DNA from: Octopus sinensis
Lineage: Eukaryota
Direction of reading: 5' to 3'
Assembly (NCBI RefSeq): GCF_006345805.1
Contig: NC_043009.1
Span: 14,694,001 to 14,758,000 of the forward strand
DNA: 64,000 nt
The notes beneath the pieces are model-generated. The model was given only the letters and a program-made list of their open reading frames with translations. It had not been told where the DNA came from and searched no databases. Shown here piece by piece: positions 1-13,709 of the stretch. Position 1 is the stretch's first letter; each line of letters begins with the position of its first letter. The translations under genes and the position numbers were made by a program.

Positions 1-104
1 TCCAGGTGAATCAAAAGGCGAGAGTTATTTCTGGCAAGGCCAGATAGAAGAGGTACTTCAAGACATTGCTCCGACAATCCTTGTTGAATTAAGTCGGTGA
101 CAAA

Positions 105-1400
105 GATGAGATGAGATGAGATGTGATGAGATGAACATTGAAAATATCTCTCAGTTTAAAAGGTATATTGTTGTTCATCTTGTCGGGCTTTTGCATATTC
201 AAATGCCTGTTTTGATCAGAGTGAGTCTTAAATGTCTTATTGCAAATATGGCATATGAGTATGTCTGCTGGAATAATGGTTGTGTTATTTGTATCAACGA
301 TATGAAGATGAGTTCTGAAAGTCAGAAGTTAAGGCACGCGTTGAGCAAACGAAGGATGATACTAATTCTGTTCAGCAATGCATTATTTTGCCTTAATTAT
401 TTTATCATTTTTGTATAGTTTTGTTTGTTTTTATGCAAAATATTGTACACTTGACCAGGTCATTTACGGCATTTAATAGCAATAGATTCAATCTTTGTAT
501 GGTATATTCAACAATCCAAGACTTTCTTTTTGCTTATCTGTTGGTTTTTTCTTCTTTATGGTTCCCATTGTTTTCGCTTCCTGTAGATAGATCAGCATTG
601 AAAATCCTACTTAGCGATGTGTTCATCCCCACTTCCATATCAAATGACCTGTCAAACTCAGCTAATTGGAAACTGACATAGAGCAAATTAAATAGATTCT
701 TGCTCTTTCTAAAGCATCTGGGTATTGCGTAAACAGTTTCTGGTTAATCATGAGAATTTGTCGAAGACACTTTTCACGAACGCATTCTAAGAATTTCATG
801 TGGTGATTTTAAACTGCTTTCATTTCTGCCGTATTATAAAAGGGAAATAGCACGAATGTATGATAAATCAATTTTCGTAACTGCACACGATTCCTAACAG
901 AACGAAAAATATTACCTGCCTTTTGAGTGCTAAATGCAATTTCTGTATCATAAGTGACTTTGAATTTAACTATACTGAAGATATATTTAATGAAATCGAA
1001 AGTAGGTAATCTTTGATTTTCACATATATTAGAGGAACAGTAGGGAGAAACCCTACAGTTTGATACATTAGCACAGGTTGATACGGATTGAATCATTAAC
1101 ACAGTTTTCTTTGCAAACGTGTCACAAGCAGCCTCAAATACATTGATGCCCTCACTGATATTGAACAAGTCATTAGGGGAATCTCTAATAAGAGAGTTAA
1201 GACCAAGCACTTGGTGTCAGCCCTATTTAGATTAAAATGATTTCTTTTAGTATGAGAGCGGATATAAACATCCTCTTCAGGGATACGAAAAGAAATCGAC
1301 AACATAGCGGCAAATTAAACATCGAAAAGTAGTGGAACAACAAGATTAGCCTATTCTACAGCATTATGATGTAAAGTGCATCCGGTTATGATGTTTGTTT
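105..1400 (-). mobile_element. Degenerate RTE/BovB-like LINE, RT C-terminal half and 3' end
   Basis: Frameshifted peptides MLSISFRIPEEDVYIRSHTKRNHFNLNR, EAACDTFAKKTVLM, DTEIAFSTQKAGNIFRSVRNRV and KLIYHTFVL resemble RTE-clade RT segments; downstream CHICNKTFKT zinc-finger-like remnant near 250-200; (TCTCA)n-like tail at 105-132. Confidence 0.6.
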
Positions 1401-1854
1401 GGAACTCCCATGTTTTGGGAAGTGTGGAAACGCCTCTTAGTTTTTTTTTGTATACTCTAACCATCTGACTCAGAGTAGGATACTGCCAGGATACTAGCTA
1501 TTTGTAATTTAACAAGTCACAGAATTATCATAGGAAGAATATCACACACATACACCAAAAGAGACCCACTTGGGGTACGATTATTCATCTCATTAACACC
1601 TCAGAAGGTAACGCTATGAAAATCCTTCATGAAGATAACTCATGGGCTCTTGGCATTTGTAGTACCAAGCCAGTACAAAATTGAAAGGTGAGAGGGGAAT
1701 TGACTATGCTCTGACCATACCCGCTATAATAATATTCATCGCGTAAGTGGTCCGGCAAATGCTGATTCGAAATAAATCAAGGTTTTTTATACTCAGTGGA
1801 GAAACAATGGAAGTAGACAACAATACACCTGATAATAATACAGAGTGTGTATTA

Positions 1855-2050
1855 AGGCGGTGAGCTGGCAGAATCTCTACACGCCGAGTAAAATGCTTTA
1901 CAGAATTTCGTCTGTGTTTACATTCTGAGTTCAAATGCTGTTAAGGTTGACTTTGCATTTCATCCTTTCGGGATCGATAAAATAAGTACCAGTTGAGCAC
2001 TGGATTCAATGTAATCATCTTACCTCCCCCTTCAAACTTGCTGAAATCAG
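1855..2050 (+). mobile_element. SINE with Meta/MESC-like central domain
   Basis: AGGCGGTGAGCTGGCAGAA head, then TTCTGAGTTCAAAT and TTTCATCCTTTCGGGATCGATAAAATAAGTACCAG; the same family recurs several times in the window. Confidence 0.8.
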
Positions 2051-3554
2051 TTACAGAGTGCATTTCGAACGACATGTATGACAACACACACATACACACA
2101 CGCACTCACACACACACACATGCACACTGCATTAATTTTCAAAAGCAAGAGTATATCTACGTGAAGTTGAGACATAAGCGTGAGAGTAAAAACAGCTAAA
2201 CTATACGTGTGCATTACAAGAATCATATAGAAATTCCTTGTACTTTCGGGGAACGTTTGGATGAATGAGTCATCGTTACACCGACTGAGGTCCCCTACAT
2301 CGAGTGAGTGCAGGCATGCAAAAGAATGTGTCAGTTTTAAAGCTATGAGGCAAAGGGACGAGCGGAGTCTATCAGACGCTCCAGCATTAACTGAGACGAA
2401 GGATATAGTGAAGAAGCTTGATCGTCGATTTTGAGGTACCTTTTTACGCTGCTATGTGATTTATACGCCTTAAAAATGGATCGACGCTGAGCGCTGAAGT
2501 AACTTTGGAAAATGTGGTTGAGTGTAGAGCCAACAAGCGTAAAACATTTCACGAAGTTCTAAAATAACGAACGATCCTAGCGTCCCAGAGCTGTGCCCAG
2601 TATTAACAGCTGATTAAAGATTTTACGGTAGATCCTTTTCAGTAGGCAGGCCAGTTGCTACACAGGGCTTTAAAAGATACGCAAAGGGTCCCTCCAGAAA
2701 AGTTCCCGACGCTAAAAGGACATCAGCAACAAACAATGAAACATCAAGCACAGCCACAGAAAGATCGAAAGAGATAAACTCCTTCGAAGTTCCAACAGAG
2801 AACGTTGAATATCAGTGTCCTATTTCTCCGTTTCACATTATCAAAACCACATTATAATGTAACAGCAAGGAAAAGAAGAGAGAAAGTGAAGAATAAGAAG
2901 AGAGGCTAAGAAAAGAAAAACAGTTCAACTTCACTGCAAGGGAAGCAAGCAAAACATGTGAGGACGAGAAGGCATTCGACATTACATCACACATCAAGCT
3001 GAAAATCATAATTCTTTCTTCAAGAAACACAGAACTGATATGGAAATTATGAAGAATCTACAAGTCCACCTAATGGCATATTCCTTGTAGATTTGCAATT
3101 AAATAGGCTTCGACTACGTGGAGCTTTGAAAGACAAAATATTAATTAAAAAGAAATTGACATTACTTAGGCTAACACAATATAGCCTACGAATGTTACGT
3201 GCTGCTTTAATTCACGTTAATTTTACATAATCAATATTTATACGGTGTTATAATTTTCGCATTTAAAAATATTGTCAGTGTACAAAATTCTTACTACATC
3301 CTGTGTCGTTTCATGAAATTCTTCCTTATTCACCCACTGTGTTTATATTTTGTATCCCACAGACATATCGCATATTTGTATTTTGGGCCTCCGCATCCAA
3401 TGAAGAATTTCTTTTAAGTATTTTCATTCGTCTGGGAACGATAACCTGAAGTATCACAGAAGTATTGTGGTCGACCGTATCAACTACTCATCTTTCAAAA
3501 TTCATAGCCTTGTGTCCCAATCCAAATCCTTATAATCTCCCACTTCTTCAATAC

Positions 3555-3561
3555 TATTATT

Positions 3562-3592
<31 letters not shown>

Positions 3593-3675
3593 TTATTATT
3601 ATCATTATTATCATTATTATTATTATCATTATTATTATTATTATTATTATTGTTATTATTATCATTATTATTATT
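3555..3675. repeat. (TAT)n/(CAT) microsatellite at the 3' end of an R4/Dong-like element
   Basis: Seen directly. Confidence 0.95.
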
Positions 3676-4470
3676 CTATGTTTGACTTTTGCTTTATATT
3701 TGTACAAATTGGCTCCAAGTCTCACCCAGAGACCTCTCTAGAGATAACAAGTTAGACGTTCATGTTGGTGTTATGCCTAGGGTGCCATATATTTAGTTTT
3801 GTACGTAGTGTTGTTCAAAAGAATGTTTAAGAAATCATAAGAAAATTGTGTTTAAAAATTTGAGATTACATTTGAGACAACGTTTTACGTAGGATATGGG
3901 CAGTTCCCATGAGCACTATATTTTTTATTTCAGCCATTTTGGGGCTTCCTGGTACCTGAGTTAGGTAGCAATCAGCCCTTTTTGCTATCATTCCTAGCGC
4001 ACCAATGACAACAGGTATTGTTATAGTCTTCAGGTTCCACATTTTGTTAATTTCTATTTCAAGAACTTTATACTTGCTCAGGTTTTGGTAGGTCTTGACA
4101 GACACGTTCATATCGGTTGAGAGAGTCATATCAATGAGGAGGCATGATTTTTGTCTGAAGTCTTTTAATATGATGTCTGGCCTATATGCATCTATCTTTC
4201 TGTCAGTTTGAATGGTGAAGTTCTAGAGGAGTGAGATGTGATCATTTTCAAGCACTAGAGGTGGTTTGTGTTTCCACCAATTTTTATCTTAGACCAAGTT
4301 CAGTTTATTTGCAAATTACCCAGTGAATAATATTGTGCAGCTCTATTGAGATATTATGTAGGCGCTAGAAGACTGCACTTGCAGACAACATGATCATTGG
4401 TTTCATTTTGTTGTTGACATACTCGACATGTTGGGCAGCTACCGTTCTTTAATAGATTGGCTTGGTAGTC
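3676..4470 (-). mobile_element. 5'-truncated RLE-type non-LTR retrotransposon (R4/Dong-like)
   Basis: CCHC knuckle CRVCQQQNETNDHVVCKC, RPDIILKDF...LIDM nuclease motif, KYKVLEIEINKMWNLKTITIPVVIGALG...GTAHILRKTLS; flanked on both sides by (TAT)n. Confidence 0.88.
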
Positions 4471-4475
4471 TGTTG

Positions 4476-4516
<41 letters not shown>

Positions 4517-4518
<2 letters not shown>

Positions 4519-4706
4519 GGCGGCGAGCTGTCAAACTGCTTAGCGGTATTTCGTTCGTTTTTAAGTACCACTTCAGTATTTGGGTTGACTTAATTGAATA
4601 TCCTCTCGCACAAATTTCAGGCCTTGTGCCTATAATAGAAAGGATTACTATTATCATGAGTAGTATTAGTAGTATTAGTAGCAGCAGGAGCAGCAGTATC
4701 AGCTGC

Positions 4707-4741
<35 letters not shown>

Positions 4742-5210
4742 ATGTTGTAGTAGCAGAAGCAGTAGTAGTAGTAGAAGTAGTAGTAGTAGTAGTAGTACTA
4801 GTAGTAGTAAGGTTACGAACTGGTAGTCGTCAGCACGCCGGGAAAACTTACTCAGTGTCATTTCGTCCTTCTTCCATCCATTCCGGGACAATAAAATAAG
4901 TACCAGTTTAGCACCGGTTTGATATAATCGACCGACGCAAGCCACTGTAACCGCTGGTCTTGCGCTAAGATTTGAAAACATAATTACGATTATGAAAGGT
5001 GGCGAGCTGGCAGAATCGATAACGCACCGGACCAAATGCTTAGCGGCATTTCGCATGCTTCTCTGTTCTGAGTTCAAATTCCGCCGAGCTCGACTTAACC
5101 TTTCATCCTTACAGATTCAATTAAATAAGTACCAGCTGAACACTGGGATCGATGTAATCGACTCAGCCCCTCCCCCAAAATTACTAAACTTATGACAAGA
5201 TTTGAAACCC
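4517..5210 (+). mobile_element. Cluster of three Meta-domain SINE copies/fragments separated by an (AGT)n microsatellite
   Basis: Heads at about 4517, 4810 and 4997 (GGCGGCGAGCTG/GGTGGCGAGCTGGCAGAATCG); AAATAAGTACCAG motif; (AGT)n at 4660-4810. Confidence 0.75.
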
Positions 5211-5642
5211 TTATTATTATGATTATGATTGTGGTTGTTGTTGATTCGGTTGTTGCAGTCGTTTTGCTTCTTCTATTTTTATTAATACGGTTATATTCTA
5301 AAATGTTTCTATTTTCACTTTTTAATATATTTAATAAATTGACTCTATAACTTGTGTAAGTCTTTTTTATGTTTCAAAAAGAACGCATTTTTACTTATGT
5401 AAACTCAACATTATTCCAGAATTAGTTTTCCATACCACTGCATCGACATGAAATATACTTATGATTTTCTGCTACGCTGAGTTTCTTGATTGGCAGCGTG
5501 ACCGACGAATATTTTCACTTTCCTTCAATAATGATGTTAAGCATAATAGAATGCACAATTTGTATTTTCAAGAAGTGAAACTTCTGTTTTAAGAATAAAT
5601 ATGCTAAGTGATCTTTCGAATATATCTGTTGCAGCATACTCT

Positions 5643-5698
<56 letters not shown>

Positions 5699-6064
5699 TA
5701 AACATGCAATCTAAGTATATTTAAATTGTGATGCATTGATGATTACAGAAGTAATGTATATCTTGACATCTTAACTCGATAACATGTTGAATCCAGGAAA
5801 GTGAGATTGGGAAATTTAGTGTGAGAAGCAGCATTATATGAACATTTTAAATCGATAAAAATTTCTCCTATAAATATGTATTCATACGAAATTCAGTGGA
5901 GAAAGAAATATGAAAATGTAATTGAAAATATTCATATGTGAATAAGCGAAAAGTAACTACATGGCGCTCAGTTAAATATTCAGTTAAAAGGTATATTGGC
6001 TACCCAATTTATTAATGCAATTTACAATGGTAATTCAAATTATATTTTATCTAATTAATGTTCA

Positions 6065-6301
6065 CTACTCTTTCTCTCTTTTACTCTTTTACTTGTTTCA
6101 ATCATGTGACTGTGGCCATGCTGGAGCACCGCCTTTAATCGATCAAATCGACCCCAGGACTTATTCTTCGTAAGCCTAGTACTTATTTTATCGGTCTCTT
6201 CTTTGCCGAACCGCAAAGTGACGGGGACGTAAATACACCAGCTTCGGTTGTCAAGCGATGTTGGGGGTACAAACACAGACACGCAAACATGCATATATAT
6301 A

Positions 6302-6348
<47 letters not shown>

Positions 6349-6510
6349 TACGACGGGCTTCTTTCAGTTTCCGTCTACCAAATCCACTCACAAGGCTTTG
6401 GTCGGCCTGAGGCTATAGTTGAAGACACTTGCCCAAGGTGCCACGCAGTGGGACTGAACCCGGAACCATGTGGTTCGTAAGCAAGCTACTTACCACACAG
6501 CCACTCCCAC
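6065..6510 (-). mobile_element. tRNA-derived SINE with CORE-like segment and internal (TA)n tract
   Basis: Minus strand GGAGTGGCTGTGTGGTAAG...GGTTCAGTCCC (A/B-box-like), CCTTGGGCAAGTG, GGTAGACGGAAACTGAAAGAAGCCCGTC, then microsatellite and a 3' half that recurs at 56165 and 59075. Confidence 0.85.
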
Positions 6511-7126
6511 GCTCTCACCAAGTTACGTTACTAGTAGGTGTATCAGTCTTCATTTTATAAAAATTACACTTGCTATGTATTACTCAATCTAAGCAGTACA
6601 ATCGGTGCTAATTAGATATGCAGTTTAATGTAAATCTGGGGTGGGGGACTATCTTGCTAGATGGAGTTGGATAAGTACAAGAGGACTGAATTGTCAAAAT
6701 AATGCTAAAATTTACCACAGTGTAAAATTTCAAGAATCATTTTAAATGAAATGAAATCGATTTATCTCATCATTGTTTTTCTATGGTCAATATACAGAGG
6801 TGGGTTAAAATTCTATAAACAAAATTTCACTCGTCGTCGTTTCGTAATGCACGCAGAATTCGCACATGCGCACTGACACACACACACACACACACACGGA
6901 TGGTCTGAAACAAAAAAAGAAAGAAAAATGTAGAAGAACAACAAATATGGTGTATAAGGTTTATTCTAATGATAAGTGGGATATGTTTTTAACAATTCGG
7001 AAATGATGGAGAGAACAAGAAACATGTCTGAAATAGACGGAGAAGGCATGCTGAATTGACCAGAAGAGGACGTGTGTGTATGTGTGTGTGCATGGGAGAA
7101 TGTGTGTGTGTATGAATGTTAGTAGT

Positions 7127-7173
<47 letters not shown>

Positions 7174-7289
7174 TGTGTGTAGTGTTCGCTTGTATACTCG
7201 TGTGGGGGTGCTATCTAACATATGTGCCTGCGTATGAGGCTACAGGACGCATGAGTGTGAGTTAAAGTGCCTGTGTGTTTAACTGGATA

Positions 7290-7692
7290 GAATATTCTTT
7301 TCTACTCTAGGTACAAGGCTCGAAATTTTGGGGGAGGGGGCCAGCCGATCAGATCAACTCCAGTACTGGTACTTTATTTATTGACAACGAAAGGATGAAA
7401 GACAATGACAATCTCGGCGGAATTTGAACTCAGAACGTAAAGACAGACGAAATACTTATTTCTTTACTACCACAAGGGGCTAAACACAGAGAGGACAAAC
7501 AAGGATAGACACACACACGGATTAAGTCGATTATATCGCACCAGTACGCAACTGGTACTTAATTTATGGAGCCCGAAAGGATGAAAGGTAAAGTCGACCT
7601 CGGCGGAATATAAACTCAGAACGTAGCGGCAGTCGAAACACCGCTAAGCATTTCGCCCGGTGTGCTAATGTTTCTGACAGCTCGCCGCCTTA
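7290..7692 (-). mobile_element. Dimeric Meta-domain SINE
   Basis: Head GGCGGCGAGCTG at about 7690, Meta-like domain, tail GCCCCTTGTGGTAGTAAAGAAAT, then a second partial monomer starting TATTTCGTCTGTCTTTACGTTCTGAG. Confidence 0.85.
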
Positions 7693-8209
7693 AATGAACA
7701 GCTGTGTAGCTCTAGTTGACCACTTAAATTTGCCACCGAAATATAGGGTATAGAATGGATAGAGACACATTGCACTGACATTAGGTATCCGAAAACGTTT
7801 GCATTGAAGCAGAAAACATGACGCGTGTTAGTATCAATCAAGGAATTTGAGCGGAGCATATATTAAGAGCATCGTAGCCAGTGAAATAAATAACGAGAAA
7901 AAGCACTTTACAGTTTTAGGGCTATCAGCTACCCTTCAATAATCTCTAAAGGTAAAAAGGTATCAATACTGTCAAAGTTAAGTGATCTACAAAATAGGTG
8001 AGTAAAAATAAAACGAAATATATAAAATCTAACAAAAAGTACGTGATTGTTTAACGCTATATTGTTGATGAGTATTTTTTCTTCATTTCACACTATACTA
8101 CATATCATTGTTTGGTCTCTTAAAACAATCTAATGAATCATCTATTTAATGATACAAAAACTTATAGAGACATTTTGACCCATACGTAGTTATATATATA
8201 TCTATATTG

Positions 8210-8245
<36 letters not shown>

Positions 8246-8674
8246 TATTTCATTTAATCTACGTAGCGGAAGAAGCTGCAGAGTAAAAAATTATAAGTTT
8301 TGTCTTTATAACAGTTGTGGCATAAAAATCACGATACTTCATAAAAAATTTATGAGTAACATAAGTCAATGGAGTGGAAAAATCGTTTATAATCTCCGTA
8401 TTGGCATTGGTGATGTTTTGTGAATAAAAGTTTCCTTAGCAAAGTCGGTAAAATATTAATGTATGAATAAGCCTATAAAATGCATAAAAAGAATCCTTCT
8501 GTACTTTTTGCTATGCGTGGAGCTCATATGCAAACGTGATATGAGGGATTTAAAAACTTACTTACACATTCATTTCTGCAAGAAAAATTGTTCATATGTT
8601 TGAGTTATATAATTTCGAACGATTATTTACGTATATACACTTAACACTTCTAGACAGATTCATACACCTTTTGA

Positions 8675-9070
8675 CAGATAAGCAAATACAATCATTCATC
8701 AACAGATGCTTGCGTAGTATACTTAAAATTAGATGGCCCGAGCACATAAGCAATATGGAGCTATGGCAAAAAACAAATCAAGTTTTGATTTAGGAGCAAA
8801 TATTTAAGAAAAAGTGGAAGTGGATTGGTGGCACAATTAGAAAAGAAACGCCAAATGTAGCGAAAAGGGCTTTACAGTGGAAACCGGATGGATATAAATG
8901 GATATAACAAGAGATGTAGGCCTAAGAACTCATGGCGTAAATCAACATAAAAGGAATAGAGAAAGGGGGACATTCATGGCAGAGTATAAGTACAGAGCGA
9001 AAAATTATCCGACATTATAAGTGGCCTATACTACGCTTTGGAGCGTTACAGGCAGAAAGAAGAAAGAAGA
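8675..9070 (+). mobile_element. RTE-clade LINE 3' fragment
   Basis: QIQSFINRCLRSILKIRWPEHISNMELWQKTNQ...KKKWKWIGGTIRK...AKRALQWKPDG...RPKNSWR; AGAAAGA-type tail at 9055-9070. Confidence 0.85.
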
Positions 9071-12000
9071 CAGATTCAGACGTAATATATGCTTGTCGCT
9101 GTAGTGTATGTCATAAGAGAATAGCTCCTCCGTTTGATGACGACAGTGTGTTCAATACAATCGGCTTTTTTGGTGTATGGCCTTCTGGGATACCGGTGTT
9201 TCGTTATTTTGCGTCTCATTAGCCAGAAGCAACCGGAACGCTGATTATAAATGAGGCAGCTGGCTTTATAATTTCAGTGAGCAAATTGTTTGCTGAACGG
9301 TTCGTATAGTTACGAAATGATTTTTGAAAATCGTTATTTGTACTATATACAGCTAGATCTGGAACGATTATTTATTCTTAATGCACCTGAAAGGCCAATT
9401 ATACTGTTCGGTGTAGTATAGGTCAAAGTCGAATGGTTTTTCCCTTTTACGTCAACACTTTGTTCAACACACTCGATCCATTGGCACACGGCATTCAAGG
9501 ACAGATGGTGTTTCGATCAGTCATATCTCGTCATATCGGTATATCGGTGTTCCAGAATAAATATCCAAATATACGTTTCAGATTTCGCTGAACACGGTGC
9601 AAATAAAATACTTTTTACCTATTAGATAAGAATATATATATATATATATACAGAAAGTGAGTGAGAGAGAAAGAGAGATATGTAGCCCCAGTACGTAGAT
9701 CACAGACTTATCCATTCTCGCCTTGCACATTTTGTGGATGTATCAAATATGAGAAATCCGTATACGTTACTCTTTTTAACTGACATTAGTTTCAAATCCA
9801 GGTCAACTATAGATATTTGCAATTCATATTATAATGGTTAATAAAAATTTTTTCAATATGTATTTTTAAAACATCAGAAAAAACTTTGATGTTTCTATAA
9901 ATGCATTTCAAGAAATATGTATTGAATTTTTCATTTCCAAAATAAGTATAATTTATAGATTTTCTAAAATCCTCGCTTCAATTCCTTGTCAGGTTTATTA
10001 AAAAAAATCAACATTAATATTTAACGTAAGTATAATGTTTAAAAGAAAATCTCTTTTGATATGTTCTAGCTTACATATATTCACACTTCATTTGTGTGGA
10101 ACGTTTAAAAATGTTCGATGACGAAGATATGTACACAATTTTCAAATAGTTAAAACATTATTTGGATATGTATATACAAATGCATATATACGACATGAGA
10201 CAAACACACATTAACTCAAACGTACAAACACAGGAAAGTAAAAACAACAGGCGTACACACACAGACACATACATATATAAATTGTGCATATGTGCTTCTT
10301 TCACCATCTCTTTGAGTTCAGGATTTATCTAAAAATAGGATTCCCTGCATTTGAAATATAACGAACAAAATAAGGATTTCTTCAACGATCAAGTAATATT
10401 TGAATGAATTGGCTCAGTCTGCTAAGAACGACATATTAAGTATGAAATTTCAATCTCTCACATAAATCATTTCACTCGGCTTTCATTCCCATTTAATCTT
10501 ATTCTAAATCCTCGAGTTTTACATTTTGTATATGCCATAAGTGTGTAGAAATATTTTTTGTTTACTCCAGCAATATTTTTTCAGTAACGCATAGCTTTAA
10601 GCAACTTAACAGGTCTCGAATAATTGTCTTCTAAAGTTTAAATATTATAAAATCTATTTTTAGACCGCACCTATTATAGATGGGTTAGATGATTTAAAAA
10701 TATTAACAAATCAATATATCATATTCTCAGAAGCAATAGAAAATACTCTCCAAGGAATTTAATGAACCTAAACAATACGGCGAATGTGCAAAACTACAAA
10801 CTGCGTGGGTGGACCTCTAAGAAGCATTACTTGCAAAAATCACCAATATTAGCAGTTGTCACAGTTTTATTATAAAGTAAAATGAGAGAATGATTCATCC
10901 ACTGATGCTTAGGAATCTCAGATACAAATATCTGATCTTTGCGTTTACATTATTTCTTCAGGAGGAATAGTCAGTGGACACCTAACTTAACGGATTTGCT
11001 TCCTTGTTGACTCCCTTGGCTTTTACTTCTACATTTATGCTTTAACAAACTATCCGCAGTATTTGGTTCCTATGAAAGACATTAATGAAAGATTTATAAG
11101 GATCCGTACTATGGTTTCCATGTCATTGATGTATGTTAGTAGCATCCATCGTTTGGATAGGAATTGTTTTCGCTCCAACTTTCTAGCAACCGTCCCCACC
11201 AAAGACTGGCATATCTACACAGGACACGACCATGCAATAAGTTGCAAAGATGACACGTTACTACCATCACTCATGAACCACCTGGGAAGATGTCATGATG
11301 AATCTGATAATAAATACACAAATAAAACAATACTGCGTCAATAGGATATGGAATGCGTTAAACAACAGAAGATATGGAGGATTAAACTTGAAGGTAATAA
11401 GTTTCTGAGAAGTCGGCAAGAATTGGTACAGTTGCATCAATTCAGAACAAAATATTATACCAAAAATGTGATGGTATTGGATTCTTACTCCTTGCTACCC
11501 GAAAAAGAATAGGGCTTTTAATGCAACAGGCCCCAACTCTAAACTTAAGAAGTAAAATTAATGCCTCAGTATGTCTAGATCATGGCATTGTTTTCAATCG
11601 TCAATGGTTACAAGATTAATAATATCTTACTACTGATGAACCATTAAAAATGTATCAACGACTGCTTTAATATTATGTAGATATGACAAACACACCCACA
11701 CAACGAATTCAGGTAAATGAGTTACCTTCGCTCTAAAATTATATTGAACCAATGCACCTAGGTGTTTAAATGTTAGCAACGGATTCTTTGATAAAAGGTG
11801 TCAATTTTAAAGCATGTTATATATTCAGCAAAGCGTCAGGAAACACTGGTGTCCTAACCACCTAACAAAAGTGTAAAAAGGATGGGATGTGAGTGAGAGA
11901 AAGAAATAGAGAGAAAGGGAATGAGAGAGAAAAAAAGAGCGTAGGAGCAAATTTGCTTGCACGGAATGCACTTAATGTACCTACAGCATGTGTTAAACGG

Positions 12001-12799
12001 AAGTAAAAAGAAACAAAACTATATATAGAGAGAATTAATATGTACTGATTCCTTCCAAGACTTTGTAGATCGCCACAATTATGTACCTATCACGATATTT
12101 ACATAACTTTATAATCTCTGACTCATTTATTTGATTAATTAGCTCTATTTCAAAATTTCATACATGCGTACTGATGACAATTTTTAACAAGATTACCCCT
12201 TGAAAGTATGAAAAATATCTATATTCTTCAAACTTATCCCCCTAAATCAATGGCTACGATGCTCCCCCACTATACCTGCTCATGATGAGAGATGCATATA
12301 TTGTCAGCCATAAATGGACATGTTCAAGAACTTAAGGTCAAGGAACTGACAAGCAGCTATGAGGTAATGAGCAGAATATTTGCTATAACAATATTTCTGA
12401 TTCAGCACCTCAGCACTGAATGTGTTTGAAATGCAATGGAAAATAGGTCAGATTAAAAACATTGATGTCCAGCTCACAATAGCAAAGTTTGAAGGGAACA
12501 GTAGTCATTTCCTATGATTTCTAGATAAAAGCAAGTATGAAATAGTACAAATCAAAGACAAAAAAATTAGAAAAATTTAAACATTGTTACTCAGTGTTAT
12601 CTGTCGACTGTCTCTGATGATTGCATATCTGACTTCCATGTATAACACCTCCGCTGAGTATTCTGTCACACTGTAGACCTGCAAGGTTGCATCTTTTACT
12701 TGATTGAACGGGTCATTTTGTAGGATACGATGTCTGTAAAGAGCGATACGTCTAAGACCTGACATCGCCATCAAACATTTTCACATTCTTAAGGAAGCA

Positions 12800-13148
12800 C
12801 TCCGTCGGTTACGACGACAAGGGTTCCGGTTGATCCGAATCAACGGAACAGCCTGCTCGTGAAACTAACGTGTAAGTGGCTGAGCACTGTACCCTTAACG
12901 TAATTCTCGGGGATATTCAGCGTGACACAGAGAGTGAAATACAGGTACAACAGAAACAGGAAGTAAGAGTGAGAGAAAGTTGTGGTGAAAGAGTACAGCA
13001 GGGATCACCACCATCCCATGCCGGAGCATCGTGGAGCTTTAGGTGTTTTCGCTCAATAAACACTCACTACGCCCGGTTTGGGAATCGAAAACCGCGATCC
13101 TATGACCGCGAGTCCGCTGCCCTAACTACTGGGCCTTTGCACCTCCAC
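12800..13148 (-). mobile_element. tRNA-derived SINE
   Basis: Minus-strand head GGAGGTGCAAAGGCCCAGTAGTTAGGGCAGCGGACTCGCGG...TTCGATTCCC; related copy at 19900-20145. Confidence 0.8.
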
Positions 13149-13672
13149 ATAACATTTTCACATATTACACACTTGAATACTTGAATCACCTGGTCTAGGC
13201 GCACGGACGTTGCATACAAGTGGTCTTCCATGAGAATTTCAACTGGTTGAAATGTCCAGCGTTAGAAAAGGTTACACTGTCCCATGTTTCGCACGTCCAG
13301 CGATTTAGGTTCTCATTGATTTTCTGATAAGAGATTTTGGAAACAGGCGCTTCAGCGTTTTGTACAGAATAGGACTCTTAAGAATCTTGTCTTATACGTT
13401 TCTTTCATTCAACTATTTCGAAAGCTAACACTTGCCTGTTTTTTGTTTTTTTTACGTCGATTTGCAAGCATCTTCCTGTTGCTTTTAATAGTGTGTGTGT
13501 GTGTATGTATGTGTGCGTATGTGTGTGTACGTGTGGGCATGCATGTGTGCTGTTTAAGTTTGTCCACTTTCTCTGCCGCAAGGAAACATATGTCGATACA
13601 TTGGTGTTACTGTATATCAGAATATCACTTCTCTCATTGTCTCACTTGTCTGTCTGTAATTCTCCCTACATG

Positions 13673-13709
<37 letters not shown>

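Noticed and set aside
3465-5077. ORFs with poly-Y/I/L/S runs, and similar YI/CV/HT/YLSI ORFs throughout the window
   Set aside because: They are translations of stop-free microsatellites, not genes.
5645-5700. Single-base phase breaks in many (TA)n and (GT)n tracts (e.g. about 5690, 7166, 23430, 30276, 36682, 55921)
   Set aside because: Recurrence in unrelated tracts suggests consensus or polishing indel artefacts rather than biology; some frameshifts in elements may share this cause.
11630-12625. Other CTGATGA matches (about 11634, 12171, 12614; also 41001 and 43612)
   Set aside because: No stem II followed by GAAA and no closing stem I.
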